Positions 8,969-15,888 of a DNA stretch of 19,508 nucleotides are shown here, one piece after another (position 1 is the stretch's first letter; every line of letters starts with the position of its first letter). The notes below the pieces were generated by a model. That model was not told the origin of the DNA. It saw nothing but the letters and a program-made list of their open reading frames with translations, and made no database searches. Made by a program: the position numbers and the translations under genes. The stretch is from Pedosphaera sp. GTDB taxonomy: Bacteria; Verrucomicrobiota; Verrucomicrobiia; Limisphaerales; SIBH01. The stretch covers positions 1 through 19,508 of the forward strand of contig JANOQV010000127.1 in the NCBI GenBank assembly GCA_031414955.1. Reading direction: 5' to 3'.

Positions 8969-9589
8969 ATGGCCATCATTAACCAAGCAACCAAAGAGCT
9001 GCAGGTCAAAGTCGTCTTCTACGGCCCCGCGCTCGGTGGTAAAACCACCAACTTAGTCCAGGTCCACGAACATGTGCAGACCCAGGAAGGGCAGAAGGGC
9101 AAGCTCGTCTCCCTCGCCACCTCCTCGGACCGCACCCTCTTCTTTGACTTCCTCCCCATCGAGGCCGTCGCCATCAAGGGGTTCAAGACCAAGTTCCAGC
9201 TCTACACCGTGCCTGGCCAGGTCATCTACAACACCACGCGGCAACTCGTGCTGCGCGGGGTGGATGGCATCGTCTTCGTGGCCGACTCCCAGTACGACAA
9301 GATGGAGGACAACGTGAAGAGCTTTCAGAACTTGGAGGAGAACCTCAAGACCCTCGACATCGACATGGACGAGATTCCTTACGTGCTCCAGTACAACAAG
9401 CGCGACCTGCCCAACGCGGCGCCCATGGAATACATGGAGTTTCTGCTCAACAACCGCGAGGTCCAGGCTCCGTCTTTCGGGGCCAGCGCCCACAAGTGCA
9501 ACGGCGTGTTCGAGACCCTGAACATGATCACGCGCATGCTCCTCCACAAGTTCATCAACGAGAGCAACCGGGTGAAGCAGCTTGTCTAA
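8969..9589 (+). CDS. mglA: MglA-family small GTPase
   Basis: P-loop YGPALGGKTTN, switch I DRTLFFDFLP, FQLYTVPGQV, DGIVFVADSQ, G4 QYNKRDLP. Confidence 0.96.
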   Translation: MAIINQATKELQVKVVFYGPALGGKTTNLVQVHEHVQTQEGQKGKLVSLATSSDRTLFFDFLPIEAVAIKGFKTKFQLYTVPGQVIYNTTRQLVLRGVDGIVFVADSQYDKMEDNVKSFQNLEENLKTLDIDMDEIPYVLQYNKRDLPNAAPMEYMEFLLNNREVQAPSFGASAHKCNGVFETLNMITRMLLHKFINESNRVKQLV

Positions 9590-9606
9590 ACCCTTGCGCC
9601 AACCTT

Positions 9607-10089
9607 ATGGGCCTGCCCCAATTAATCGCGGAGGACGTGCGGGAACTGGATCGGCTGCTCGGTGATCTGGTGACGCGCAGCGAGGCCATTGCCGCCCTGG
9701 TCATCGACAAGGCCGGCTTCCTCATCAGCCACTCGGGCGACACCAGTAAGTTCGACGCCACCACCCTGGCGGCCCTCGCCGCCGGCTGTTTCGCCGCCAC
9801 GCAGGGCATGGCCTCGGTGGTCAACGAGCCGAACTTCAACAGCGTCTATCAGCAGGGCGAGCTTTACAGCCTGCTCGTGCAAAACGTCGAGTTCGACACG
9901 CTGCTCATGGTCGTCTTCGCCGCCCAGGTCAGCGTGGGCGCGGTAAAATACTTTGCCAACTCCGCCGCGCCGCAGGCCGCGCGACAGTTCGAGAAGGCCC
10001 GATTGCGCGCGCCGGGCAAGACTCTCGATCTGGCCCGGATGAACCTGGAGAACAGCTCCGAGTTCTTCCGCAAGGTGGCCCAGCATTAG
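9607..10089 (+). CDS. mglB: MglB-family Roadblock/LC7 protein (putative GAP for MglA), 160 aa
   Basis: ATG at 9607. ALVIDKAGFLISHSG, DATTLAALAAGCFAATQGMA, EPNFNSVYQQGE, LMVVF and SVGAVK parallel Myxococcus MglB. Adjacent to mglA. Confidence 0.9.
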   Translation: MGLPQLIAEDVRELDRLLGDLVTRSEAIAALVIDKAGFLISHSGDTSKFDATTLAALAAGCFAATQGMASVVNEPNFNSVYQQGELYSLLVQNVEFDTLLMVVFAAQVSVGAVKYFANSAAPQAARQFEKARLRAPGKTLDLARMNLENSSEFFRKVAQH

Positions 10090-10090
10090 C

Positions 10091-10195
10091 CGGTGGTCAG
10101 TGATTCGGTAATCAGTAATCAGTGCACCAGTTGTTGCCACGCGGTCGCTTGTTCCGCTCACCGGCTGATTACTGTTTCACCGGTTACTGATTACT
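10091..10195. repeat. Degenerate 7-bp tandem repeats (gtaatca) followed by their inverted copies (tgattac)
   Basis: tcggtaatcagtaatcagtg near 10105-10124 and ctgattactg...gttactgattact near 10165-10195; fills the mglB-VOC intergenic gap. Confidence 0.65.
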
Positions 10196-10210
10196 TTTAC
10201 CCTCCCCGCC

Positions 10211-10615
10211 ATGAAAGTTGGCCAACTCCTGCACACCCGCTACCGGGTGAACGACCTCGAACAGTCGGTGAATTTCTACCTTCAAGTGCTGGGCCTGGAA
10301 GAAGTGCGCCGCCACAAGTCACCCCGCGGATCGGAACTGGCCTTCCTGAAAGCACCGGGCAGTGAGGAACTGATTGAGCTCTGCTATTTCCCCTCCAGCG
10401 GCCCCGTGCAGGTACAACCCGACCTCACGCACCTCGCCTTCGAGGTCACCAGTCTGGAAGAATTTGGCCGGCACCTCGCCGCGCACGGCCTGAAATACTC
10501 CGACGGCCCAACCTACAAGGAAGACGGCGGCGGTTTTGCCTTCATTGACGCGCCCGAAGGCTATGAGGTCGAATTGATTCAGCGCGGGCTAAAACCAGGC
10601 ACCGGCGGGGCCTAA
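10211..10615 (+). CDS. VOC-family protein (glyoxalase I / lactoylglutathione lyase-like)
   Basis: LLHTRYRVNDLEQSVNFY...LGL, IELCY, HLAFEV, FIDAPEGYEVELI; the H/E/H/E metal-ligand pattern is present. Confidence 0.9.
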   Translation: MKVGQLLHTRYRVNDLEQSVNFYLQVLGLEEVRRHKSPRGSELAFLKAPGSEELIELCYFPSSGPVQVQPDLTHLAFEVTSLEEFGRHLAAHGLKYSDGPTYKEDGGGFAFIDAPEGYEVELIQRGLKPGTGGA

Positions 10616-10664
10616 ACCAAACGAACCAGCGCGCCGCCCGGGCTTTGGTCACTCGCCTCACGGT

Positions 10665-10698
10665 CGAACCGCGCGGGCATTGAGGTTCGCGCGGTTCG
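10665..10698. terminator. GC-rich hairpin between convergent genes (possible terminator or RNA-stabilising stem)
   Basis: cgaaccgcgcg (10665-10675) and cgcgcggttcg (10688-10698) form a perfect 11-bp inverted repeat; there is no U-tract. Confidence 0.45.
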
Positions 10699-10727
10699 TC
10701 AGTCGGCCACGTTCCCCACCGCCGCCG

Positions 10728-11552
10728 CTACGGACGCAACGGCGGCTCCCGGCGGTGAAATGGACGGTAGAGTTTCACCGCGTTGTTCCAGACCTGAGGC
10801 CAGAAATTCCCTTCGCGGGCGAAGACTTCGCGGAGCGGTTGCTGCCGGTAGGCGGCGATGAAGCGCAGCAAATCGCGCCGCGTGAGCCCCGCATCCAGAG
10901 CCGAAAACAACAGCCCGCCCAAATCCTTGACCAGCCAGCGCTCGGGAACCCGGTCCCGCCTTTGCACTCGGTGCAGATCGATGAGCGTGAGATCAACCGC
11001 GTCGCCTGGTTTCCATTTCGACCAGTCCCGATCGCGGACAAGAAAGTGGCACAGATAGAAGTCCCGATGATTGAGTCCCGCGCCGTGCATGCGCCTCGCG
11101 AGGTCCGCGATGTGCCGGAGCAAGGCGCGCTGCAACAACACGCGGTTCCTTCCCGTCGCACCCCGCCAGTCGCTGGTCAGTTCTTCGAGTGAGATCATTC
11201 CCTCCAGCGCGGGCATCACGATGAAGGATTCGAGGTTCGCGGGCGAGAAGCCGCGCAGTCCCTTGCCGGCGACGCCGGCTGTGGCGACGCCGACTGTGTT
11301 CAAAGACTCGATGGCGCGCCATTCCGGCTCGGCACTGACGATGGGGGCGCGACCGTAGAGCAAATTCTTGAACACCTCGCCCCAGCCCACGCCGCGGTGA
11401 GCCTTGATGAAGTAGCGCCGGCCCGCGACCTCGAACTCGATGGTGCGCCGGTTCTTGACCGCGCGATGCACCTGGCCTTCCACGGCCATCAGCTTGTCGA
11501 AGGTGTTTTCCTTCGGCAGATGCGCGCGGAGATGTTCGTCGAGTTCGAGCAC
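10728..11552 (-). CDS. waaP: Lipopolysaccharide core heptose(I) kinase
   Basis: RRYFIKAHRGVGWGEVFKNLL, NHRDFYLCHFL, LIDLHR, KDLGGLLFSALD; directly downstream of waaG. Confidence 0.92.
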   Translation of the reverse strand: MLELDEHLRAHLPKENTFDKLMAVEGQVHRAVKNRRTIEFEVAGRRYFIKAHRGVGWGEVFKNLLYGRAPIVSAEPEWRAIESLNTVGVATAGVAGKGLRGFSPANLESFIVMPALEGMISLEELTSDWRGATGRNRVLLQRALLRHIADLARRMHGAGLNHRDFYLCHFLVRDRDWSKWKPGDAVDLTLIDLHRVQRRDRVPERWLVKDLGGLLFSALDAGLTRRDLLRFIAAYRQQPLREVFAREGNFWPQVWNNAVKLYRPFHRREPPLRP

Positions 11553-11566
11553 GCAGGGAGTTTAGC

Positions 11567-11595
11567 CACGGATGGAATGCGGATGGAACACGGAT
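11567..11595. repeat. 11-bp tandem repeat, about 2.6 copies
   Basis: cacggatggaa tgcggatggaa cacggat in the waaG-waaP gap. Confidence 0.6.
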
Positions 11596-11608
11596 AAGTA
11601 GAAGGCGG

Positions 11609-12745
11609 TCATCGTGCGGCTATTTTTCGCGCGATCACTGATTCGATGACTTCCACCGCGCGCTGGTGGCAACTGTAGAGGTCTTCGCGCGCGGCGTAGC
11701 CGACGCCGTTTGCGCTCCACGCGGCGCGTTCCGTGGAGTCCAACATCTCCCGGACAGCGGTATCGCTGGCCACCTGATCAAATGGCGCGGCGAGCAGACG
11801 TCCGGCCTGAGCACGTTGGAGGTGAAAGGCGTAACCGCAAACATCCGTGGCTAGCACAGGCAGTCCGGCGGTGAGTGCTTCAAGCAGAATCATGCCGGCG
11901 GCTTCGCTGCGGGCCGGATGCACAAGCAGATCCGAGGCGAGCAGCCAGTCGAAGACGTCATCGCGCCCGCCGAGGAAATGCACGCGGTCGCTCACGCCCA
12001 GCTTGCGCGCGAGCAGCTCAAACTCCGTCGGACGGTTTTGTCCGATGACGACCAGTCGCGTTTGACTGCGCTGCGCTTCGGCCAGCGCAGCCAGCGAGCG
12101 AATGGCGCGGTCGAGTCCCTTCACGCGAAAACCCGAACCGGCGAGCAGCAGCAACTTCTCATCATCCGGCCAGCCGTGCTCGCGCCGCAGCCGGGCGCGC
12201 GTCTGCTGCTTCTGCTCCGACGTGAAGGCACGGCGTTCGATGCCAGGCGGCAGGACGTGGAAGCGTGCGCGCTCGGTGCCGTAGAATTCCTGGTAGCGCG
12301 GAATCTCCTGCTCGGTCAGCACCAGCACCTGTGCCTTGCTTCCTTTGGCAAACACGCTTTCCTCCAATTCCTTGAAGTGCCGGTAGCGCGGCAGCCACTT
12401 GTAGTAGAAGGATTTCAACCGCTCCACCTTGGCCGCATAACACGGATCGGAGCCGTAATACACGTCCACGCCGGGCAACTTGTTGAAGCCGATGATGCCG
12501 TCGAGCCCGCGCTGGGGCAGCGCGTCGGCCAGCAGCTTCAGCCAGGCGCGGTTGCGCGCCACATTGCTCGCGCCCTGCCGGCCGAAAAGCTCGACCTGCA
12601 TTCCAGACGGCCGCTCTCCCTGCCAGGTACGCGTGAAGATGGTGACGTCGTGCCCGCGCGCCGCGCAAAGCCGGGCGATCTTCAGACAGTCGCGTTGCAG
12701 CCCGCCGAAGGGGAAGTAGTCGAAGAGCAGGAAACCGAGTTTCAT
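11609..12745 (-). CDS. waaG: GT4 glycosyltransferase, LPS core glucosyltransferase type
   Basis: ATG 12745 overlaps the GT2 stop (ATGA). MKLGFLLFDYFPFGGLQRD, GFNKLPGVDVYY, GSGFRVKGLDR, HPARSEAAGMILLEA. Confidence 0.9.
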   Translation of the reverse strand: MKLGFLLFDYFPFGGLQRDCLKIARLCAARGHDVTIFTRTWQGERPSGMQVELFGRQGASNVARNRAWLKLLADALPQRGLDGIIGFNKLPGVDVYYGSDPCYAAKVERLKSFYYKWLPRYRHFKELEESVFAKGSKAQVLVLTEQEIPRYQEFYGTERARFHVLPPGIERRAFTSEQKQQTRARLRREHGWPDDEKLLLLAGSGFRVKGLDRAIRSLAALAEAQRSQTRLVVIGQNRPTEFELLARKLGVSDRVHFLGGRDDVFDWLLASDLLVHPARSEAAGMILLEALTAGLPVLATDVCGYAFHLQRAQAGRLLAAPFDQVASDTAVREMLDSTERAAWSANGVGYAAREDLYSCHQRAVEVIESVIARKIAAR

Positions 12746-13530
12746 GCGGCGGGAAGTTCCACGGAATAAAGTGACGGTGCGAGCGCGCGGACCCAGCGAA
12801 TCCAGCGGATGCGCTGGCGCATCGCGGCGGGCCAACCAGGATTCGTTTCGGCCAGCAGCGCCTTCTCCCGCTGCCAGCGATCGCTTTGCCGCGCGGCGAC
12901 TGAGATGGACTGCGGATTGCGTGTGTAAAGATAGAGTACCTTGGGAATCAGCCCGACGCGCCGCCCGCCCGACGCCACGCGGCCCCAGAATTCCTTGTCG
13001 CCCGCGATCTGGAAGCGCTCATCGAACCAGCCCGCCGTCGCGCTTAACTCGCGCCGCCAGGCTGCGAACGGCCCGGGCCTTGTGCTCAACGGCAGCCGCG
13101 CGGCGCGCGCCCAGTCGTCCCCATGCTCGTCCATCGGCTGCTTGGCGATGAGCACGGTGCAGGCGTCCCAGCGCTCGCGCTCCATCGCCGTCCCGACTTG
13201 TTCCAACAGTCGCGGATGCATGGCGTCGTCCATGTTCGAGTAGCAGACGAGCGGCGCACGCGCCTCGCGCCAGCCGATGTTCCACGCCTCGTAAAGTGAC
13301 TTGCGTTCGTCGCTCGCGAGCAGGCGGCAGTGGGAATGTTCCCGACAAAAGGGCGCGAAGAGTTCGCGTTCACGTTCGGGTGAGGCTGTTTCGATGAAGA
13401 GAAATTCGGCGCGGTCAAACCACGTTTGCGCCCGGACTTCCGCCAGCTTCTTAGCCACAAAGCGCGCGTTGTTATAGCAACTGATGAGGACTGAGATGCG
13501 CGGCGATGCGGTCACGACGCGAGAGTGCAA
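12742..13530 (-). CDS. GT2-family glycosyltransferase (start uncertain)
   Basis: ISVLISCYN, LYEAWNIG, YSNMDD (DxD-like), FDERFQIAGDKEFWGR. Confidence 0.88.
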   Translation of the reverse strand: MHSRVVTASPRISVLISCYNNARFVAKKLAEVRAQTWFDRAEFLFIETASPERERELFAPFCREHSHCRLLASDERKSLYEAWNIGWREARAPLVCYSNMDDAMHPRLLEQVGTAMERERWDACTVLIAKQPMDEHGDDWARAARLPLSTRPGPFAAWRRELSATAGWFDERFQIAGDKEFWGRVASGGRRVGLIPKVLYLYTRNPQSISVAARQSDRWQREKALLAETNPGWPAAMRQRIRWIRWVRALAPSLYSVELPAA

Positions 13531-13736
13531 GAGTTCGCGCCGGGCGAGTCAATTCCGAATCGTGCTGAAAGCAGGTTAAGGCGCGCTGGGGAAGTGCCAC
13601 CGGACTGCAACCGTCGGCTTAAACCGTGGGGTGTTCTCGGCCGCGACTCCGGCGCTGCACTCGAAAACCGACCGTGGCGAGAAACTGCGGGATGGCACGC
13701 ACGGTTTCGCGATCCTTCTCCTTTTCACGCTCGGGC

Positions 13737-13862
13737 ATGCGCATCGCCCTCGCCGACCTCAAACTCGACGAACTGCGCGTCGTCTATCCCGGCACGAAAC
13801 GCTACGCGCTGGCAAAGAAAGTCGAGGTCGTCCCGCTGGCGGAATTGGTGAAGGCGAACTGA
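13737..13862 (+). pseudogene. Orphan 3' tail of an AAA-ATPase/DUF4143-type protein
   Basis: MRIALADLKLDELRVVYPGTKRYALAKKVEVVPLAEL resembles the C-terminus of that family as I recall it; no upstream ATPase frame is present. Confidence 0.6.
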
Positions 13863-13865
13863 ACA

Positions 13866-13904
13866 GCCCGTTCGGAGTTCGTTGCGGATTTGGCGGACAT
13901 CCTC
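13866..13904 (-). pseudogene. Very short piece resembling the first helix of a bacterial TIR domain
   Basis: Translates EDVRQIRNELRTG, the segment expected just before the GHxPLLFFLKCL stretch found at 14.7 kb and 15.6 kb. Only 13 codons. Confidence 0.4.
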
Positions 13905-13909
13905 CGCGG

Positions 13910-14159
13910 CCAAAGGCCCAGCAACAAGCCAGCCCAAGGCAACGCCCTGGGTCACGGATATTGAAAAAACCCAAGCCCCAACGGGGCGACACAAATCGCG
14001 GTTCACACCGGGCGAACGTCGGGCGTCGGATGGCACGATCGCGGTGCGCACGTTTGAACGTCATCGTATCGGTTGTGCCGCCCTTTCACGGCTTGGCGGT
14101 GTGGCCGGCCATGAACCCCAAGGCGTTGCCCTGAGTTGGCTTGGGGGACGCACCTTTGG
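13910..14159. repeat. Nested-palindrome REP/REPIN-like element
   Basis: Outer arms 13910-13951 and 14117-14159 (inner 27 nt match 23/27; each arm carries its own cccaaggc-NNN-gccct hairpin). Inner arms 13973-13994 and 14073-14094. Confidence 0.8.
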
Positions 14160-14235
14160 CGCTGGGAGAACGGAGGAGCAATGCTGTTCCGGACCGACCG
14201 CTCAGTCGGAGCTATGGCGATGAAAACCTCAATGG

Positions 14236-14367
14236 ACACCGCAGAGGCGGGATGAGCGCAGAGCCGAAAGGCTTTTGTTGCAGCAAGAATCTGCCTCACT
14301 GCTTGGTGAACTTGCCCATCACGCGCCATGCGTCTTTTACTCTGCGCCCGTCCCGCCTCTGCGGTGT
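14236..14367. repeat. Inverted repeat element with 28-bp arms
   Basis: acaccgcagaggcgggatgagcgcagag (14236-14263) vs ctctgcgcccgtcccgcctctgcggtgt (14340-14367): 26/28 complementary. Confidence 0.85.
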
Positions 14368-14421
14368 GAAGTTCCGTCGGCAAATCCCCTTCTTTCGAGG
14401 TTTCATGTCTGACCGGTTTTC

Positions 14422-14487
14422 TGACAAACGAATGGGTGTCAGACGAATCCACGCCGAAAAATTCGACTGACACTCATTCGTTTGTCA
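14422..14487. repeat. Inverted repeat with 27-bp arms and a 12-nt loop
   Basis: tgacaaacgaatgggtgtcagacgaat (14422-14448) vs attcgactgacactcattcgtttgtca (14461-14487): 25/27 complementary. Confidence 0.85.
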
Positions 14488-14718
14488 ATGAACTGGGTAA
14501 GCGAGATCCATCACCGCGACCGTCTGGCGCGGTCGCTGCGTGACTTGTTTGACCAGTTCAATCTCCTGCTTCACCCATTTTGAACGTCGCGAAGCGCGGG
14601 TGTTGCAGAGAACAAAAAATGTTCTGGCTTTGATTTCATCGCGGATGAGTTCGGGCCGGCGCGCGTCGTCCGCTTCCAGGCACTTGAGGAAAAACAGCGG
14701 TGGTTCGTGTCCGCCCTG
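14485..14718 (-). pseudogene. TIR-domain gene fragment, copy 1 (no start codon, 77 codons)
   Basis: Manual translation QGGHEPPLFFLKCLEADDARRPELIRDEIKARTFFVLCNTRASRRSKWVKQEIELVKQVTQRPRQTVAVMDLAYPVH*. Shows the TIR pattern IxxEI...FFVLC.S..S.WV..E. Confidence 0.75.
14539..14691. repeat. Direct repeat, copy 1 (partner 15415..15560)
   Basis: Core 14575-14691 matches 15444-15560 at 115/117 nt; weaker similarity continues on both sides. Confidence 0.95.
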
Positions 14719-14722
14719 AACC

Positions 14723-15142
14723 TCAAACCGCCGTTGCCAACTGACTCAGAAAATCCGCAGGCGTGATGGCGGGCACGGGCGATCCGGCGAAGTCGCCCGC
14801 ATTCCGCGTGATGATGAAAACCGATTCCGTTGCCTTCGCTACAGTCGCCACCACCGCGTCCTCAAAATCCGCGAACGGGAGACGCCTCGCGTCCTGCCAG
14901 CCAGCCGCTTCGAGATTTCCGATTTGAAAATGGCGCAGCACCTGATCCATCGCGGCCTCGGCCTCCGGTTTGGAGGCGTGTTTGCGCACGAGATAGTAGA
15001 GCGTCGTCAGCCCGTGGGCCGGGCATACACCGGCCAGTGTCCCCGCCGTGACCATGCTCACCACTTGCGCGGACGCCGCGTAGTGTGGCTCACGCTTTTG
15101 GAAGACATCCAGAAACACGTTGATGTCCAACGTGACCTTCAC
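14723..15142 (-). CDS. PIN-domain protein (VapC-like toxin)
   Basis: 139 aa with TLDINVFLD, DFEDA and ITRNAGDF; GTG start overlaps the upstream stop by 4 nt. Confidence 0.92.
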   Translation of the reverse strand: MKVTLDINVFLDVFQKREPHYAASAQVVSMVTAGTLAGVCPAHGLTTLYYLVRKHASKPEAEAAMDQVLRHFQIGNLEAAGWQDARRLPFADFEDAVVATVAKATESVFIITRNAGDFAGSPVPAITPADFLSQLATAV

Positions 15143-15369
15143 GCGTGCTTCTTTTCGAGATGTTCACGGTGTATTTCCTCGCCCGCGACCTCCGGCGAGA
15201 TGATGCCGGCGGCCTTCATCACATCGGGTTGCAGCGGCCTCTGCAAATGCTCGCGCAAGTTGCGCGCCTGCCGCGCGAGGAACGCCTCCGCCGAAGTCCC
15301 TTGTGCCGCTGAATAGGCGCGGAGGAAGGTGAAGTCTTCATCTGGCAACGGAATTGTGAGCGTGCTCAT
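15139..15369 (-). CDS. Putative antitoxin (76 aa)
   Basis: Small ORF coupled to the PIN gene. N-terminal STLTIPLPDE...LRAYSAAQGTS is ribbon-helix-helix-like; ends HREHLEKKH. Confidence 0.8.
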   Translation of the reverse strand: MSTLTIPLPDEDFTFLRAYSAAQGTSAEAFLARQARNLREHLQRPLQPDVMKAAGIISPEVAGEEIHREHLEKKHA

Positions 15370-15414
15370 GGCTTAATAATGTCACACGACCGCACCGCTG
15401 CCAAGCCCACGCTT

Positions 15415-15594
15415 CGTGACTTGTTTGACGCGTTCAATTTCGTCCATTTTGAACGGCGCGAAGCGCGGGTGTGGCAGAGAACAAAAAATGTTCTGGCTTT
15501 GATTTCATCGCGGATGAGTTCGGGCCGGCGCGCGTCGTCCGCTTCCAGGCACTTGAGGAACGAACAGGAGCGGATTGTGCCCACCCCGTTTTTC
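15415..15594 (-). pseudogene. TIR-domain gene fragment, copy 2 (two frameshifts); includes direct repeat copy 2 (15415..15560)
   Basis: EKRGGHNPLLF, then one extra base at 15561, then FLKCLEADDARRPELIRDEIKARTFFVLCHTRASRRSKW, then a 7-nt deletion relative to copy 1, then EIERVKQVT. Confidence 0.72.
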
Positions 15595-15602
15595 CCAGTG
15601 CG

Positions 15603-15761
15603 TCAGACGGTGCCCGCGACCTGTCCGCCCGCCGTCTGCGCCAGCTCGGCCAGTTCCTCCAACGAATCCTGCACGTCCCAGGCGGTGCGGTTCTTGAGTT
15701 CCACGCCGATGAGGAAGACCCGTTCGGTCCGGCGATTGGCGGTTTCGATGAGTGCTCTCAA
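15603..15761 (-). pseudogene. hflX: 5' fragment (52 codons) of GTPase HflX
   Basis: TTG start, MRALIETANRRTERVFLIGVELKNRTAWDVQDSLEELAELAQTAGGQVAGTV*. ERxxLxGV...SLEELxxLAxTAG is the HflX N-terminal signature. Too short for the ORF track. Confidence 0.8.
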
Positions 15762-15888
15762 TTATTTCTGTGCAGGGACGAACTGGCCTCCATTCAATTC
15801 TCGTGGCGCGCAGGATAACACAAAGGCGCGGGTGGGGAAGTTTGTTGTGCAGCCGGTGCCCCCTCCGTGACCAAGGTGGCAGCCGCGT

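Noticed and set aside
2299..12769. Long opposite-strand ORFs (e.g. 2299..3162, 7593..8417, 9053..9547, 11918..12769)
   Set aside because: Typical high-GC antisense shadows of well-supported genes.
13631..14473. Several 100-167 aa ORFs over the palindromic elements
   Set aside because: No recognisable motifs; they are explained by GC-rich repeats that lack stop codons.
14236..14487. Integron attC sites around the TA pair
   Set aside because: I could not identify the RYYYAAC/GTTRRRY boxes at the hairpin ends, and no integrase is present.
14539..15560. Diversity-generating retroelement TR/VR pair
   Set aside because: The two core mismatches are both T-vs-G on the + strand (A-vs-C on the coding strand), but two sites are too few, the edges differ by indels and non-A changes, and no reverse transcriptase is present.
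15379..15870. ORFs 15379..15870 (+) and 15471..15818 (+) as genes
   Set aside because: They are antisense shadows of the hflX and TIR fragments on the minus strand.
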